A stretch of DNA of 64,000 nucleotides from Candidatus Scatosoma sp. (GTDB taxonomy: Bacteria > Bacillota > Clostridia > Christensenellales > Borkfalkiaceae): contig JAZRQY010000012.1 of the NCBI GenBank assembly GCA_045650185.1, positions 1,026-65,025 on the forward strand. Reading direction: 5' to 3'. The notes beneath the pieces were generated by a model that saw only the letters and a program-made list of their open reading frames with translations, was not told the origin of the DNA and searched no databases. Made by a program: the position numbers and the translations under genes. Shown one piece after another: positions 28,234-36,865 of this stretch. The first letter of the stretch is position 1. Every line of letters starts with the position of its first letter.

Positions 28234-29291
28234 GTCTTTCCTCCCGTTTTCCAGGTTGCGGAAAGAGGAATGGACGCCTTGGCGTTCAGGTTCATCGGCG
28301 CAAGGTTGCCGAGACGGTATTGTACCAGGCCCTCGGAGGCAATCATCACCGCATTGTCCGTGCAGTAGCGTTTTTCAGGCAACACCAACTTCAAGCCTGC
28401 CTTTTGGCACGCCGAAGTCAAGGTCAAACGCAGGTAGTCGTTGGCGGCTACGCCACCGCCCACCGTAATGGTATCTACCCCCGTTTCCTTCGCCGCTTGC
28501 AACGCCTTATCAACCAAGACATCAATCGCCGCCGCTTGGAAAGAGCAGGCAACGTCTGCTTTGGAATATTCTTCGCCTTTTTGCTCCTTCGTATGGCAGT
28601 AGTTGATGACTGCCGTCTTTAAACCGCTGTAAGAGAAGTTGTAGCCACCGCCACCCTTCAGCATCTTCGGCATCGGGATGCACGGCTTACCGTCCATCGC
28701 GCACCGTTGTACGTTCGGGCCGCCCGGATATTGCAAGCCTAAAACCCTTGCCACTTTGTCAAAGGCTTCGCCAGCCGCATCGTCCAGCGTTGCGCCCAAA
28801 ATCTCGAATTCAGCCTCCGTTTTTGCGTACAAAATCGCCGTATGTCCGCCGCTTGCCAGCAGGGTGATAAAGGGCGGTTTCAACGTCTTTTCCACAAGGT
28901 ACGCCGCCGCAATATGTCCGCGGATATGGTTGACGGCTATGAGCGGCTTGTTGAGCGCATAGGCGAACGCCTTTGCAAACGACACCCCGACGAGCAATGC
29001 ACCGAGCAGCCCTGCGCCGTAGGTGACGGCTACCGCATCAATCTCCTGCGCCGTAATCCCTGCCTTTTCAATGGCACGCGAAACGACCTCTGCCACGGCA
29101 TCGGTATGCGCGCGAGAGGCAATTTCGGGCACTACGCCCCCGAACAGCGCTTGCGTGGAAGCGGAAGAGGCAATCTCGTCCGACAGAATTTCTCTGCCGC
29201 GAATCACCGCTGCTGCCGTTTCGTCGCAAGAGGATTCAATCCCCAAAATAATCGGGTCTTTTTTGTGAATGTCAAAGGTAGGATTGTACAT
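28230..29291 (-). CDS. tsaD: tRNA N6-adenosine threonylcarbamoyltransferase
   Basis: ILGIESSCDETAAAV N-terminus and HIRGHI motif. 353 aa. Confidence 0.93.
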   Translation of the reverse strand: MYNPTFDIHKKDPIILGIESSCDETAAAVIRGREILSDEIASSASTQALFGGVVPEIASRAHTDAVAEVVSRAIEKAGITAQEIDAVAVTYGAGLLGALLVGVSFAKAFAYALNKPLIAVNHIRGHIAAAYLVEKTLKPPFITLLASGGHTAILYAKTEAEFEILGATLDDAAGEAFDKVARVLGLQYPGGPNVQRCAMDGKPCIPMPKMLKGGGGYNFSYSGLKTAVINYCHTKEQKGEEYSKADVACSFQAAAIDVLVDKALQAAKETGVDTITVGGGVAANDYLRLTLTSACQKAGLKLVLPEKRYCTDNAVMIASEGLVQYRLGNLAPMNLNAKASIPLSATWKTGGKT

Positions 29292-29307
29292 AAAAACCTT
29301 GTTTTTA

Positions 29308-29513
29308 GTGAATTGAAATCTTTGATTTCGTGAATTGACGGCAGAGCCGTCGTGAATTGAACGCTGATGCGTTCGTGAATTGCAAAGCTCTGCTTTGCGT
29401 TAAAGAAAAGTTTTAAATATTTCCGCAACGATTGCCAAAGGCAATCAATTCACGGCATCGCCAATTCACAAAACCGCAGGTTTTAATTCACGCATACGAA
29501 GTATGCAATTCAC
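29308..29513. repeat. hairpin-array repeat, complete and most regular copy (motif GTGAATTG / CAATTCAC)
   Basis: GTGAATTG at 29308, 29330, 29352 and 29375, each followed by a different 6-bp/3-4-nt-loop hairpin. CAATTCAC at 29446, 29462, 29484 (TAATTCAC) and 29506; three of the four are preceded by such a hairpin, the fourth spacer (ggc-atc-gcc) being only 3 bp. Confidence 0.85.
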
Positions 29514-29526
29514 TTATATTTAGCAA

Positions 29527-29559
29527 GGGGCGGTAAAATGATACCTGCCCCCTTTTTTT
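29527..29559 (+). terminator. plus-strand intrinsic terminator directly after the hairpin array
   Basis: ggggcgg-taaaatgatac-ctgcccc followed by CTTTTTTT. No plus-strand CDS lies upstream. Confidence 0.5.
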
Positions 29560-29731
29560 GTGTTTTGTAGTAACCGCAACGCAGTAACTGCGCCGCATTT
29601 TGTAGGCGTATCCGTAGGAAAATGCAAGCAAGACAAGAAGAACGAGGAAAACCCGAAGGAGTTTACTGAGCGTAAATGACTGAGGGTTGCCACAGTTCGA
29701 CGAAGTATTGCGCCGCATTTTGTAGGATACC

Positions 29732-30829
29732 TTAGAATTTCTTTAAATAGTCAATGACAAAGCCCTGAATTTCGCCATCCATAACCGCCTGAATGTCGCC
29801 CTTTTCATAGCCCGTTCTGTGGTCCTTTGCCAAGGTGTACGGACAGAAGACGTAGGAGCGGATTTGCGCGCCCCATTCGATTTTCTTGACGTCGCCTTTC
29901 ATCGCCTGCGCCTCTTCCTGACGCTGCTTAATTTTCAGCTCCAACAGCTTGGAACGGAGCATGTTGAAACACATCGCTTTGTTCTGCAGCTGCGAACGCT
30001 CGTTTTGGCATTGTACAACGATACCCGTCGGGAAGTGGGTAATACGCACCGCCGAGGCTACCTTGTTGACATTCTGACCGCCTGCGCCGCCCGAATGGTA
30101 GATGTCGATACGGATATCGTCATCGTTGATTTCCACTTCGTTGTCGTCCTCAACCTCAGGCATAACCTCCAGCGAAGAGAAGGAGGTCTGACGGCGTTTG
30201 TTAGCGTCGAAAGGAGAGATACGCACCAAACGGTGTACCCCCATTTCCGCTTTCAAATACCCGTAAGCGTTTTCGCCCTCCACACGGAAAGCAACGCTCT
30301 TCAAGCCTGCGCCGTCGCCGGCTTCGCGGTCCAGCTCGTACACCTTAAAGCCCATCTTTTCGCAATAACGGGTGTACATTCTGTACAACATCTGACACCA
30401 GTCGCACGCCTCCGTACCGCCTGCGCCTGCGTGCAGAGCAAGCATCGCATTATGGTTGTCGTACGGGCCTTTCAAGATAGCGCGGATACGCATATCCTCG
30501 ATATCCTTTTCCGCAACAGCGAGCATTTCATCGAGTTCGGCAATCAAGCTCTCGTCCCCGGTTTCTTCAATGAGGTCGATGACGTCCGCCGCATCCGAAA
30601 GCGCAGTTTCCCCTGCCTCGTACGCGTTGACTTTTGCGCGTACCTGCGCAATTTCTCTGCCGATTTTGGTGGATTTTTCCAAATCCTGCCAAACGTCGGG
30701 GTTTTCCTGCTCTTTTTCAAGCTCGGCAAGGCGAGGACGCAGATGCTCTACGTCCAACGCGTAGCCTGCCTCGGCGAGCACCGAACGCATTGCCTGTATT
30801 TTTAATCTGTAATCGTCTGCTTTAAACAT
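29732..30829 (-). CDS. prfB: peptide chain release factor 2, encoded without the programmed +1 frameshift
   Basis: 365 aa in one frame. SPF (RISPFDANK) and GGQ (SGGAGGQNVN) motifs. Confidence 0.93.
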   Translation of the reverse strand: MFKADDYRLKIQAMRSVLAEAGYALDVEHLRPRLAELEKEQENPDVWQDLEKSTKIGREIAQVRAKVNAYEAGETALSDAADVIDLIEETGDESLIAELDEMLAVAEKDIEDMRIRAILKGPYDNHNAMLALHAGAGGTEACDWCQMLYRMYTRYCEKMGFKVYELDREAGDGAGLKSVAFRVEGENAYGYLKAEMGVHRLVRISPFDANKRRQTSFSSLEVMPEVEDDNEVEINDDDIRIDIYHSGGAGGQNVNKVASAVRITHFPTGIVVQCQNERSQLQNKAMCFNMLRSKLLELKIKQRQEEAQAMKGDVKKIEWGAQIRSYVFCPYTLAKDHRTGYEKGDIQAVMDGEIQGFVIDYLKKF

Positions 30830-30837
30830 AATTTCCC

Positions 30838-33762
30838 TTATTTTTCCTCGTTATTTTTCGGAGGTTGATGCGAAGACATACTGGAAAGGGGAGAAGGCAT
30901 GATTCTTCTCGTCGGCATCTTCTGAGGCGCAGGTTGCGTGGGCGCAACAGGCTTCTGCGGCGGCTGCGGTTGCTGAGGCGCAGGCGCAGGCGCCTGGCGA
31001 ATTTCCAACTTCACTTTAAGAAGCACGGAAATGATGGTGCGTTGGATACGCTCTACCATCTCGTCAAACATTTCAAAGCCCTCTTTCTTGTAGGCGATGA
31101 CCGGATCCATCTGACCATACGCACGAAGACTGATACCCTTTCTAAGCTGATCCATCGCATCGATATGATCAATCCAGTTTCTGTCTACCGTACGGAGCAT
31201 AACCTGTCTTTCTACCGTGCCAAAGTCTACCCCGATTGCCTTTAAGTCTTCAATCTTTTTCTCGTATTCCTTGATAACCTTCTTCGTGATCTTCTGCAGA
31301 GCGTATTCGTAGTCCCACTTTGCAAGGCGTTCCTGCGTGACGTAGTTCGTGCCTTCAGGCAACACCTTCGCTTCGAGGGCCGCATTCAGTTCCTCTGCAT
31401 TCCAAAGTTCGGGCATAACGTCCACGTTCACAGCGGCGTTCACCGTTTCCGCAACGTAGTCGGGGATGTATTTCAAAACCTGTTCGTGTACGTCCTCGCC
31501 CTTGAGAACCTTCATTCTTTCGCCGTACATAACCAAACGCTGAGTGTTCATAACGTCGTCGTATTGCAGGACGTTTTTACGGATACCGAAGTTTCTGCCT
31601 TCAATCGTTCTCTGTGCGTTTTCAATACCACGGGAAAGCATTTTCGATTCCAGCGCCTCATCCTCTTGGATGTTGAACGCACGATACAACGCCTTCATTC
31701 TCTCACCGCCAAAGCGAAGAACAAGGTCGTCTTCCAAGGAGAGGAAGAATACCGATTCACCAACGTCGCCTTGACGACCTGCACGGCCACGCAACTGGTT
31801 GTCGATACGACGGGATTCGTGGCGTTCCGTACCGATGATACAAAGACCGCCCACCTCGATAACCTTTTCCTTTTCTGCATCCGTTTCTTTTTTGTAGTAT
31901 TCGTACACCTTTTTGTAGTGTTCACGAAGTTCACGGATATTTTCCGGGATGTCGGTGATATAGGTGCTCATCGCAAGGTCGATGTCCTCGGGGCTATACA
32001 GCTCCTCACGAAGACGCTTCTTCGCCAAATATTCAGGGTTGCCGCCAAGCAAAATGTCCGTACCACGACCTGCCATGTTGGTGGAGATGGTTACCGCGCC
32101 AAGTCTACCTGCCTGCGCGATAATTTCCGCCTCGCGTTCGTGGTTCTTTGCGTTGAGGATGTTGTGCTTTACACCCTCACGTTTCAAAAGACGAGCAATT
32201 TCCTCTGATTTTTCAACCGAGGAAGTACCCACCAAAACGGGTTGACCTTTTGCGTTTCTCGCCTGGATTTCGCGGACGATTTCCGCTTTTTTGCCGCCCA
32301 CCGTCGAATATACCTTGTCGGGGTGGTCAATACGCTGTACGGGACGGTTGGTAGGGATTTCTACAACGTCCAACGAATAGATCGTTCTAAATTCTGCCTC
32401 TTCCGTCTTTGCCGTACCCGTCATACCGGAGAGCTTTTTGTACAGACGGAAATAGTTTTGGAAGGTGACCGTCGCCCAAGTCTTATTCTCGCTGCGGACT
32501 TCCATTCCCTCTTTCGCCTCGATCGCCTGATGCAAGCCGTCCGAATACCGTCTGCCGTCCATAAGACGACCGGTAAATTCGTCCACTATAACCACTTCGC
32601 CGTCCTTGACGATATAATCCTCGTCAATGTGGAACAGCTTGTGCGCCTTCAAAGCTTGCTGAATGTGATGGTTGAGGTCTGCATATTCAATCTGAGCAAT
32701 GTTGTCGATATGGAAGTAACGTTCTGCTTTTCTTGCGCCGCTGTCGGTCAGCTCTACCGTCTTTTCCTTACGGTTGATGATATAGTCCCAATCACGGCTC
32801 TGCGCCAACGCGCGTTTCCCTTCGGGAGCCGCCGCCTTTGCCGCCGCTTCGCGTTCTGCTTTTTCCGCCTCGTAATTTGCCTGTTCTTCCAAGGTCATCT
32901 TGGTGTAGTCGACGTACTCTTCTTCGTCATCGTCATCGTCTTCCACAACCTTTTTCTTCTTTTTCTTGGGCGCTTTCACCATTGCGAGCGCCTCTTCTTC
33001 CTCTTTGAGTTCGTCGTCAAAGCCGCCCGAAATCGTGCGTACAAACTTATCCACCTGCACGTACAAGTCGGAGGATTTTTCACCCTTACCCGAAATAATC
33101 AAAGGCGTTCTTGCCTCGTCGATCAAAATCGAGTCGACTTCGTCCACGATGGCAAACGTCAAATCACGCTGTACCATCATACGAAGATCCGTCTTTAAGT
33201 TATCACGCAGGTAGTCGAAACCAAATTCGTTGTTCGTACCGTAAACGATGTCGCATTGATAAGCCGCGCGCTTTGCCTCGTCGTCCATACCGGGTACGAC
33301 GACGCCGACGGTCAAGCCCATAAATCTATGCACTTTGCCCATCCACTCTGCGTCACGCTTTGCCAAGTAATCGTTGACGGTGACGACGTGTACGCTCTTG
33401 CCGGAAAGGGCGTTTAAGTATGCAGGCAACGTGGAAACCAACGTCTTACCTTCACCCGTACGCATCTCGGCAATACGGCCCTGATGCAAACAGATACCGC
33501 CGATAATCTGCACGCGGAAGTGGCGCATTTTGAGGACACGCCAAGCCGCCTCTCTAAGCGTAGCAAACGCGTCGGGCAAAATATCGTCCAACGTTTCACC
33601 TGCCTCCAAACGAGCCTTTAAAACTCCCGTTTGGCTTTTCAGCTCATCATCGCTCATGGGCGCGTACTTGTCCTCCAACGCCTCGACGCTGTCTGCAATC
33701 TTGTTCAGCTTTCTCAAGCTGGCTCTGCCGTCGCTACCCAATAAAAACTTAATAAGTCCCAT
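30838..33762 (-). CDS. secA: preprotein translocase ATPase SecA
   Basis: 974 aa with DEAD-like motor motifs. Contains a Lys/Asp/Glu-rich insertion (KKKKKKVVEDDDDDEEEY) and a Pro/Gln-rich C-terminus. Confidence 0.95.
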   Translation of the reverse strand: MGLIKFLLGSDGRASLRKLNKIADSVEALEDKYAPMSDDELKSQTGVLKARLEAGETLDDILPDAFATLREAAWRVLKMRHFRVQIIGGICLHQGRIAEMRTGEGKTLVSTLPAYLNALSGKSVHVVTVNDYLAKRDAEWMGKVHRFMGLTVGVVVPGMDDEAKRAAYQCDIVYGTNNEFGFDYLRDNLKTDLRMMVQRDLTFAIVDEVDSILIDEARTPLIISGKGEKSSDLYVQVDKFVRTISGGFDDELKEEEEALAMVKAPKKKKKKVVEDDDDDEEEYVDYTKMTLEEQANYEAEKAEREAAAKAAAPEGKRALAQSRDWDYIINRKEKTVELTDSGARKAERYFHIDNIAQIEYADLNHHIQQALKAHKLFHIDEDYIVKDGEVVIVDEFTGRLMDGRRYSDGLHQAIEAKEGMEVRSENKTWATVTFQNYFRLYKKLSGMTGTAKTEEAEFRTIYSLDVVEIPTNRPVQRIDHPDKVYSTVGGKKAEIVREIQARNAKGQPVLVGTSSVEKSEEIARLLKREGVKHNILNAKNHEREAEIIAQAGRLGAVTISTNMAGRGTDILLGGNPEYLAKKRLREELYSPEDIDLAMSTYITDIPENIRELREHYKKVYEYYKKETDAEKEKVIEVGGLCIIGTERHESRRIDNQLRGRAGRQGDVGESVFFLSLEDDLVLRFGGERMKALYRAFNIQEDEALESKMLSRGIENAQRTIEGRNFGIRKNVLQYDDVMNTQRLVMYGERMKVLKGEDVHEQVLKYIPDYVAETVNAAVNVDVMPELWNAEELNAALEAKVLPEGTNYVTQERLAKWDYEYALQKITKKVIKEYEKKIEDLKAIGVDFGTVERQVMLRTVDRNWIDHIDAMDQLRKGISLRAYGQMDPVIAYKKEGFEMFDEMVERIQRTIISVLLKVKLEIRQAPAPAPQQPQPPQKPVAPTQPAPQKMPTRRIMPSPLSSMSSHQPPKNNEEK

Positions 33763-33920
33763 TTTTTACTCCTACTCCAGGCATTCACTTTCTTCAAAAC
33801 GAAAGAAAGCCATACTACCCGATTATTATTCACTATACCATTGTACTATATTTCCACCGATTTGCAAAGCGTTTTTTATACGCTTTCGGATATTTTTTGC
33901 CTAATTTTAACTCTAAAGTT

Positions 33921-33952
33921 AAAAAAACAAGGCAAAATCGCCTTGTTTTTTC
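33921..33952. terminator. bidirectional intrinsic terminator downstream of metK
   Basis: aaaaaaacaaggc-aaaatc-gccttgtttttt. Confidence 0.75.
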
Positions 33953-33964
33953 TTTCGTACTGCG

Positions 33965-35128
33965 TTATAAGTATTTTTTCAAAGCATCGACGCGGTCGAG
34001 TCTTTCCCAAGGGAAACCCTTGTAGCCGAAATGCCCGTACGCCGCCGTCTTCTTGAAGATGGGGTTGCGGAGCTGTAACTGCTGAATGATTGCATACGGA
34101 CGAAGATCGAATTCGCATTTTACAATCTCTGCCAAGCGTTCGTCGTCCACCTTGCCCGTGCCGTGGCTGTCCACGAACACCGATACGGGATTTGCAACGC
34201 CGATTGCGTAAGCAACCTGAATTTCCAGCTCGTCTGCAAGACCTGCCGCCACCATATTTTTTGCGATATAACGGCAATAGTACGCCGCGCTTCTATCCAC
34301 CTTCGTGGGATCTTTTCCAGAGAAAGCGCCGCCGCCGTGCGCGCATCTGCCACCATAGGTGTCTACGATAATCTTTCTGCCCGTCAAACCGCTGTCCCCC
34401 TCGGGTCCGCCAATTTCAAATCTGCCCGTCGGGTTGATATAAATCTTCGTGTTTTCATCCATCAAAGCGGCAGGAATAATTGCGTCAATGACAAGCTTTT
34501 TAATATCCGCCTTTAAGGTTTCCTGCGATACTTCGCCGTCGTGTTGCGTAGAAACAACCACGGTGTCCACACGCTTTGCTACGCCGTCCACGTATTCCAC
34601 GGTTACCTGCGTTTTGCCATCGGGACGAAGGTATTTCAGCGCCCCTTCCTTGCGGATATCCGTCAAACGCTTTGCAAGACGATGGGAAAGGGACAACGTG
34701 AGTGGCATCAACTCCTTCGTTTCGTTGCATGCATAGCCGAACATCATACCTTGGTCGCCTGCGCCAAGCTGATCTGCCTCTTCGCCGCCGTCCGTCTTCT
34801 TTTCCAAGGAAGCGTTTACCCCCATCGCAATGTCGGGTGACTGTTCGTGGATTGCTACGATTACCTTACACTTATCGTATGCAAACGTACCGAAATCATA
34901 GCCGATTTGCTTAATGATTTCCCTTGCCGTAGCCTCATAATCGACCTTTGCAGTCGTGGTCACTTCGCCCATAATCAAGAGTGTGTCATACGCCGCCGCG
35001 CATTCCACCGCCGCCCTTGCCATCGGGTCTAATGCAAAAATAGCGTCTAAAATCCCGTCAGAAATGTTGTCGCAAACTTTGTCGGGATGCCCTTCGGTAA
35101 CGCTTTCGCTGGTAAAAAACTTTTTCAT
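33965..35128 (-). CDS. metK: S-adenosylmethionine synthase
   Basis: 387 aa. [22 protein letters not shown] and [16 protein letters not shown] motifs. Confidence 0.96.
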   Translation of the reverse strand: MKKFFTSESVTEGHPDKVCDNISDGILDAIFALDPMARAAVECAAAYDTLLIMGEVTTTAKVDYEATAREIIKQIGYDFGTFAYDKCKVIVAIHEQSPDIAMGVNASLEKKTDGGEEADQLGAGDQGMMFGYACNETKELMPLTLSLSHRLAKRLTDIRKEGALKYLRPDGKTQVTVEYVDGVAKRVDTVVVSTQHDGEVSQETLKADIKKLVIDAIIPAALMDENTKIYINPTGRFEIGGPEGDSGLTGRKIIVDTYGGRCAHGGGAFSGKDPTKVDRSAAYYCRYIAKNMVAAGLADELEIQVAYAIGVANPVSVFVDSHGTGKVDDERLAEIVKCEFDLRPYAIIQQLQLRNPIFKKTAAYGHFGYKGFPWERLDRVDALKKYL

Positions 35129-35144
35129 GTAAAAAATCCTCTCA

Positions 35145-35421
35145 CAGTCTGACGAGTATCGAACCCATCAGTCTTAAAATGTTTTTTCTTGCGCCTTCCG
35201 ACGCTAATGCCCTTGTAGTATGACGATACGACGGCGGTCATTACCGCCAAAATCCACTGCAAAAACCCTATTTTAAGATGCTCACAGTTTTCACGAGCGT
35301 AAAATTTTTTAGGCGAAAGGAGCTTTCACGCAGAAATACCGCCGTATTGCAAGTGGAAATCCTGCACGGATAGGAAATTTTCCGCCGTCAAAACCTGATG
35401 TGTTCGATACTCGTCAGACTG
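35145..35421 (-). repeat. ~280-nt structured element, copy B (conserved interior, locus-specific 20+5-bp closing helix)
   Basis: Arms cagtctgacgagtatcgaac.. / ..gttcgatactcgtcagactg. The interior aligns with 26909-27187. The element ends 4 nt before the metK RBS. Confidence 0.7.
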
Positions 35422-35557
35422 AACTATAGTTCTTCTCCGCGCTTGGGATTTGCAGAGAAGTTCCCATACACAGGGAAGGTTAGTATAACATAGTTAAAGA
35501 TAAAAGTCAACTAAAAATACACCTCGTCTTTCGCATAGAAGTGACAAAATAGAAAAG

Positions 35558-35787
35558 TCGATATGTCAACTGCGTTGACTCGATATATTCTCGCTTTGCT
35601 CGAACTCGATATATGGTCGCTACGCTCCCATTCGATATGAGATAAATTCCTCTTGCTTTTGCTTGTCCAAAAGCATATCGAGCCGTAGGCATATCGAATT
35701 GCGCCAGCAATATATCGAAAATCCCGCAAGGGATTTATCTCGATGCGTGTTGCCTACGCAGGACAACACGCTAAATGTGCTTGCGCT
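35558..35787. repeat. hairpin-array repeat (motif TCGATAT / ATATCGA), inverted homolog of 56262-56499
   Basis: TCGATAT at 35558, 35580, 35606 and 35632. ATATCGA at 35675, 35691, 35712 and 35737 (ATCTCGA). A terminal hairpin gcgtgttg...caacacgc follows. Confidence 0.8.
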
Positions 35788-35809
35788 TTTTGATTTCTTG
35801 TGTTATAAT
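35781..35809 (+). promoter_or_regulatory. promoter with extended -10, abutting the start codon of the PflX-like gene
   Basis: TTGCGC, 17 nt, TATAAT with an upstream TGt. The ATG lies only 9 nt after the -10, with no SD sequence. Confidence 0.5.
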
Positions 35810-35818
35810 GGTTTTACT

Positions 35819-36703
35819 ATGGGCAATTTTACTTACGACGAACAAAACTGCAAACTCTGCCCCGTGGCGTGTGGCGCAAATCGGGCGCAAAGGGCTGGCG
35901 TATGCGGCGCTGACAACCAAATGCGGATTGCAAAGTATTCTCTGCACCCCTTTGAAGAGCCCTGCATTTCCCACAAAAACGGCAGCGGTACGATCTTTTT
36001 TAGCGGTTGTTCACTGCGGTGCGTGTTCTGTCAAAACTACGAGGTATCTCGCGCACAGCATGGAAAAGTTATTTCTCCTGCCGAGCTTGCCGACATCTTC
36101 CACCGCTTGGAAGAAATGGGGGCAGAGAACGTTTCACTCGTATCTGCGCAGCATTTCATTCCATACCTGGTGCAGGCTTTTCAAATCTATCGCCCAAAAA
36201 TCCCCGTTGTCTACAACAGCGGCGGATACGAAAATATCGACGCTTTAAAACAGCTTGACCCCTTCGTCGATATCTATCTTCCCGACATGAAATTCTACTC
36301 CTCTACCTTAGCAAAACGCTACACGGGCAGAGAGGATTATTTCGAAGTCGCCGACGCCGCCATCCGCTTTATGGCAGGGAAACGGCGCAGGATGACCGAG
36401 GACGGAAAGATGCTGTCCGGGCTCATCGTACGGCACTTGGTGATGCCGCTTGGCGTAGCCGATTCACGGCAGGTCCTTCGCTGGTTTGCGCGCGAAATGC
36501 CAAAGGACGCCTATTTGAGCCTCATGAGTCAATATACTCCCTTTGGGAAAATCGACGGTCTTCCCGAACTTTCCCGACCTATCAAGGCAAGGGAATACGC
36601 CGCCGTCCTTGACGAGGCTGTCGCTTTGGGACTGTCCGACAGACTGTTCGCGCAGGAGCTTTCCTCCAGCGGAGAAAAATATATCCCGTCTTGGGATTAC
36701 TAA
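35819..36703 (+). CDS. radical SAM protein, PflX-like putative glycyl-radical/pyruvate formate-lyase activase family
   Basis: Start at MGNFTYDE (Met53 of the track ORF). GCSLRCVFCQN (CX3CX2C) motif and an N-terminal Cys cluster (CKLCPVACGANRAQRAGVCG). Confidence 0.75.
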   Translation: MGNFTYDEQNCKLCPVACGANRAQRAGVCGADNQMRIAKYSLHPFEEPCISHKNGSGTIFFSGCSLRCVFCQNYEVSRAQHGKVISPAELADIFHRLEEMGAENVSLVSAQHFIPYLVQAFQIYRPKIPVVYNSGGYENIDALKQLDPFVDIYLPDMKFYSSTLAKRYTGREDYFEVADAAIRFMAGKRRRMTEDGKMLSGLIVRHLVMPLGVADSRQVLRWFAREMPKDAYLSLMSQYTPFGKIDGLPELSRPIKAREYAAVLDEAVALGLSDRLFAQELSSSGEKYIPSWDY

Positions 36704-36865
36704 CTACCACCCCTCCTCGGATTTTTTAGTAGTCGCATCGCTTGGCTGACCAAATCGTAGGTCATCTTGCTTGCGCTCTTAGGATTAGCGGCTTTCCATT
36801 CGAGAGGCAAAGGGGGCAAAACTCGTTTTTTCATACCTTTATTTTGCACGAAAAAGGAGCAGTTT

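Noticed and set aside
29308-29513. CRISPR-array interpretation of the motif-plus-spacer arrays (also 24912-25085, 35558-35787 and 56262-56499).
   Set aside because: The repeat unit is only 7-8 nt and the spacers are 8-19 nt. The spacers are themselves palindromic hairpins. The second half of each array carries the inverted motif. There are no cas genes in the window.
29732-30829. Programmed +1 frameshift site in prfB.
   Set aside because: The whole RF2 (365 aa, including the region around ...AGYALDVEHL...) is read in a single frame with no internal UGA. This genome simply encodes an unshifted prfB.
35400-35421. Hammerhead-ribozyme-like CUGACGAG in the closing arm of the metK-leader element.
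   Set aside because: It is followed by UAUCGAAC, with no stem II and no matching GAAA/UH cleavage-site context. The other copy (26909-27187) lacks the motif entirely, so the resemblance is coincidental.
35129-35500. SAM riboswitch (S-box, SAM-II, SAM-III or SAM-VI) in the metK leader.
   Set aside because: I could not find the S-box core blocks (GAGGGA...GGUGCUAA-type) or the other SAM-class signatures when reading the minus strand. The leader is instead occupied by the ~280-nt repeat element. An Infernal scan would settle it.
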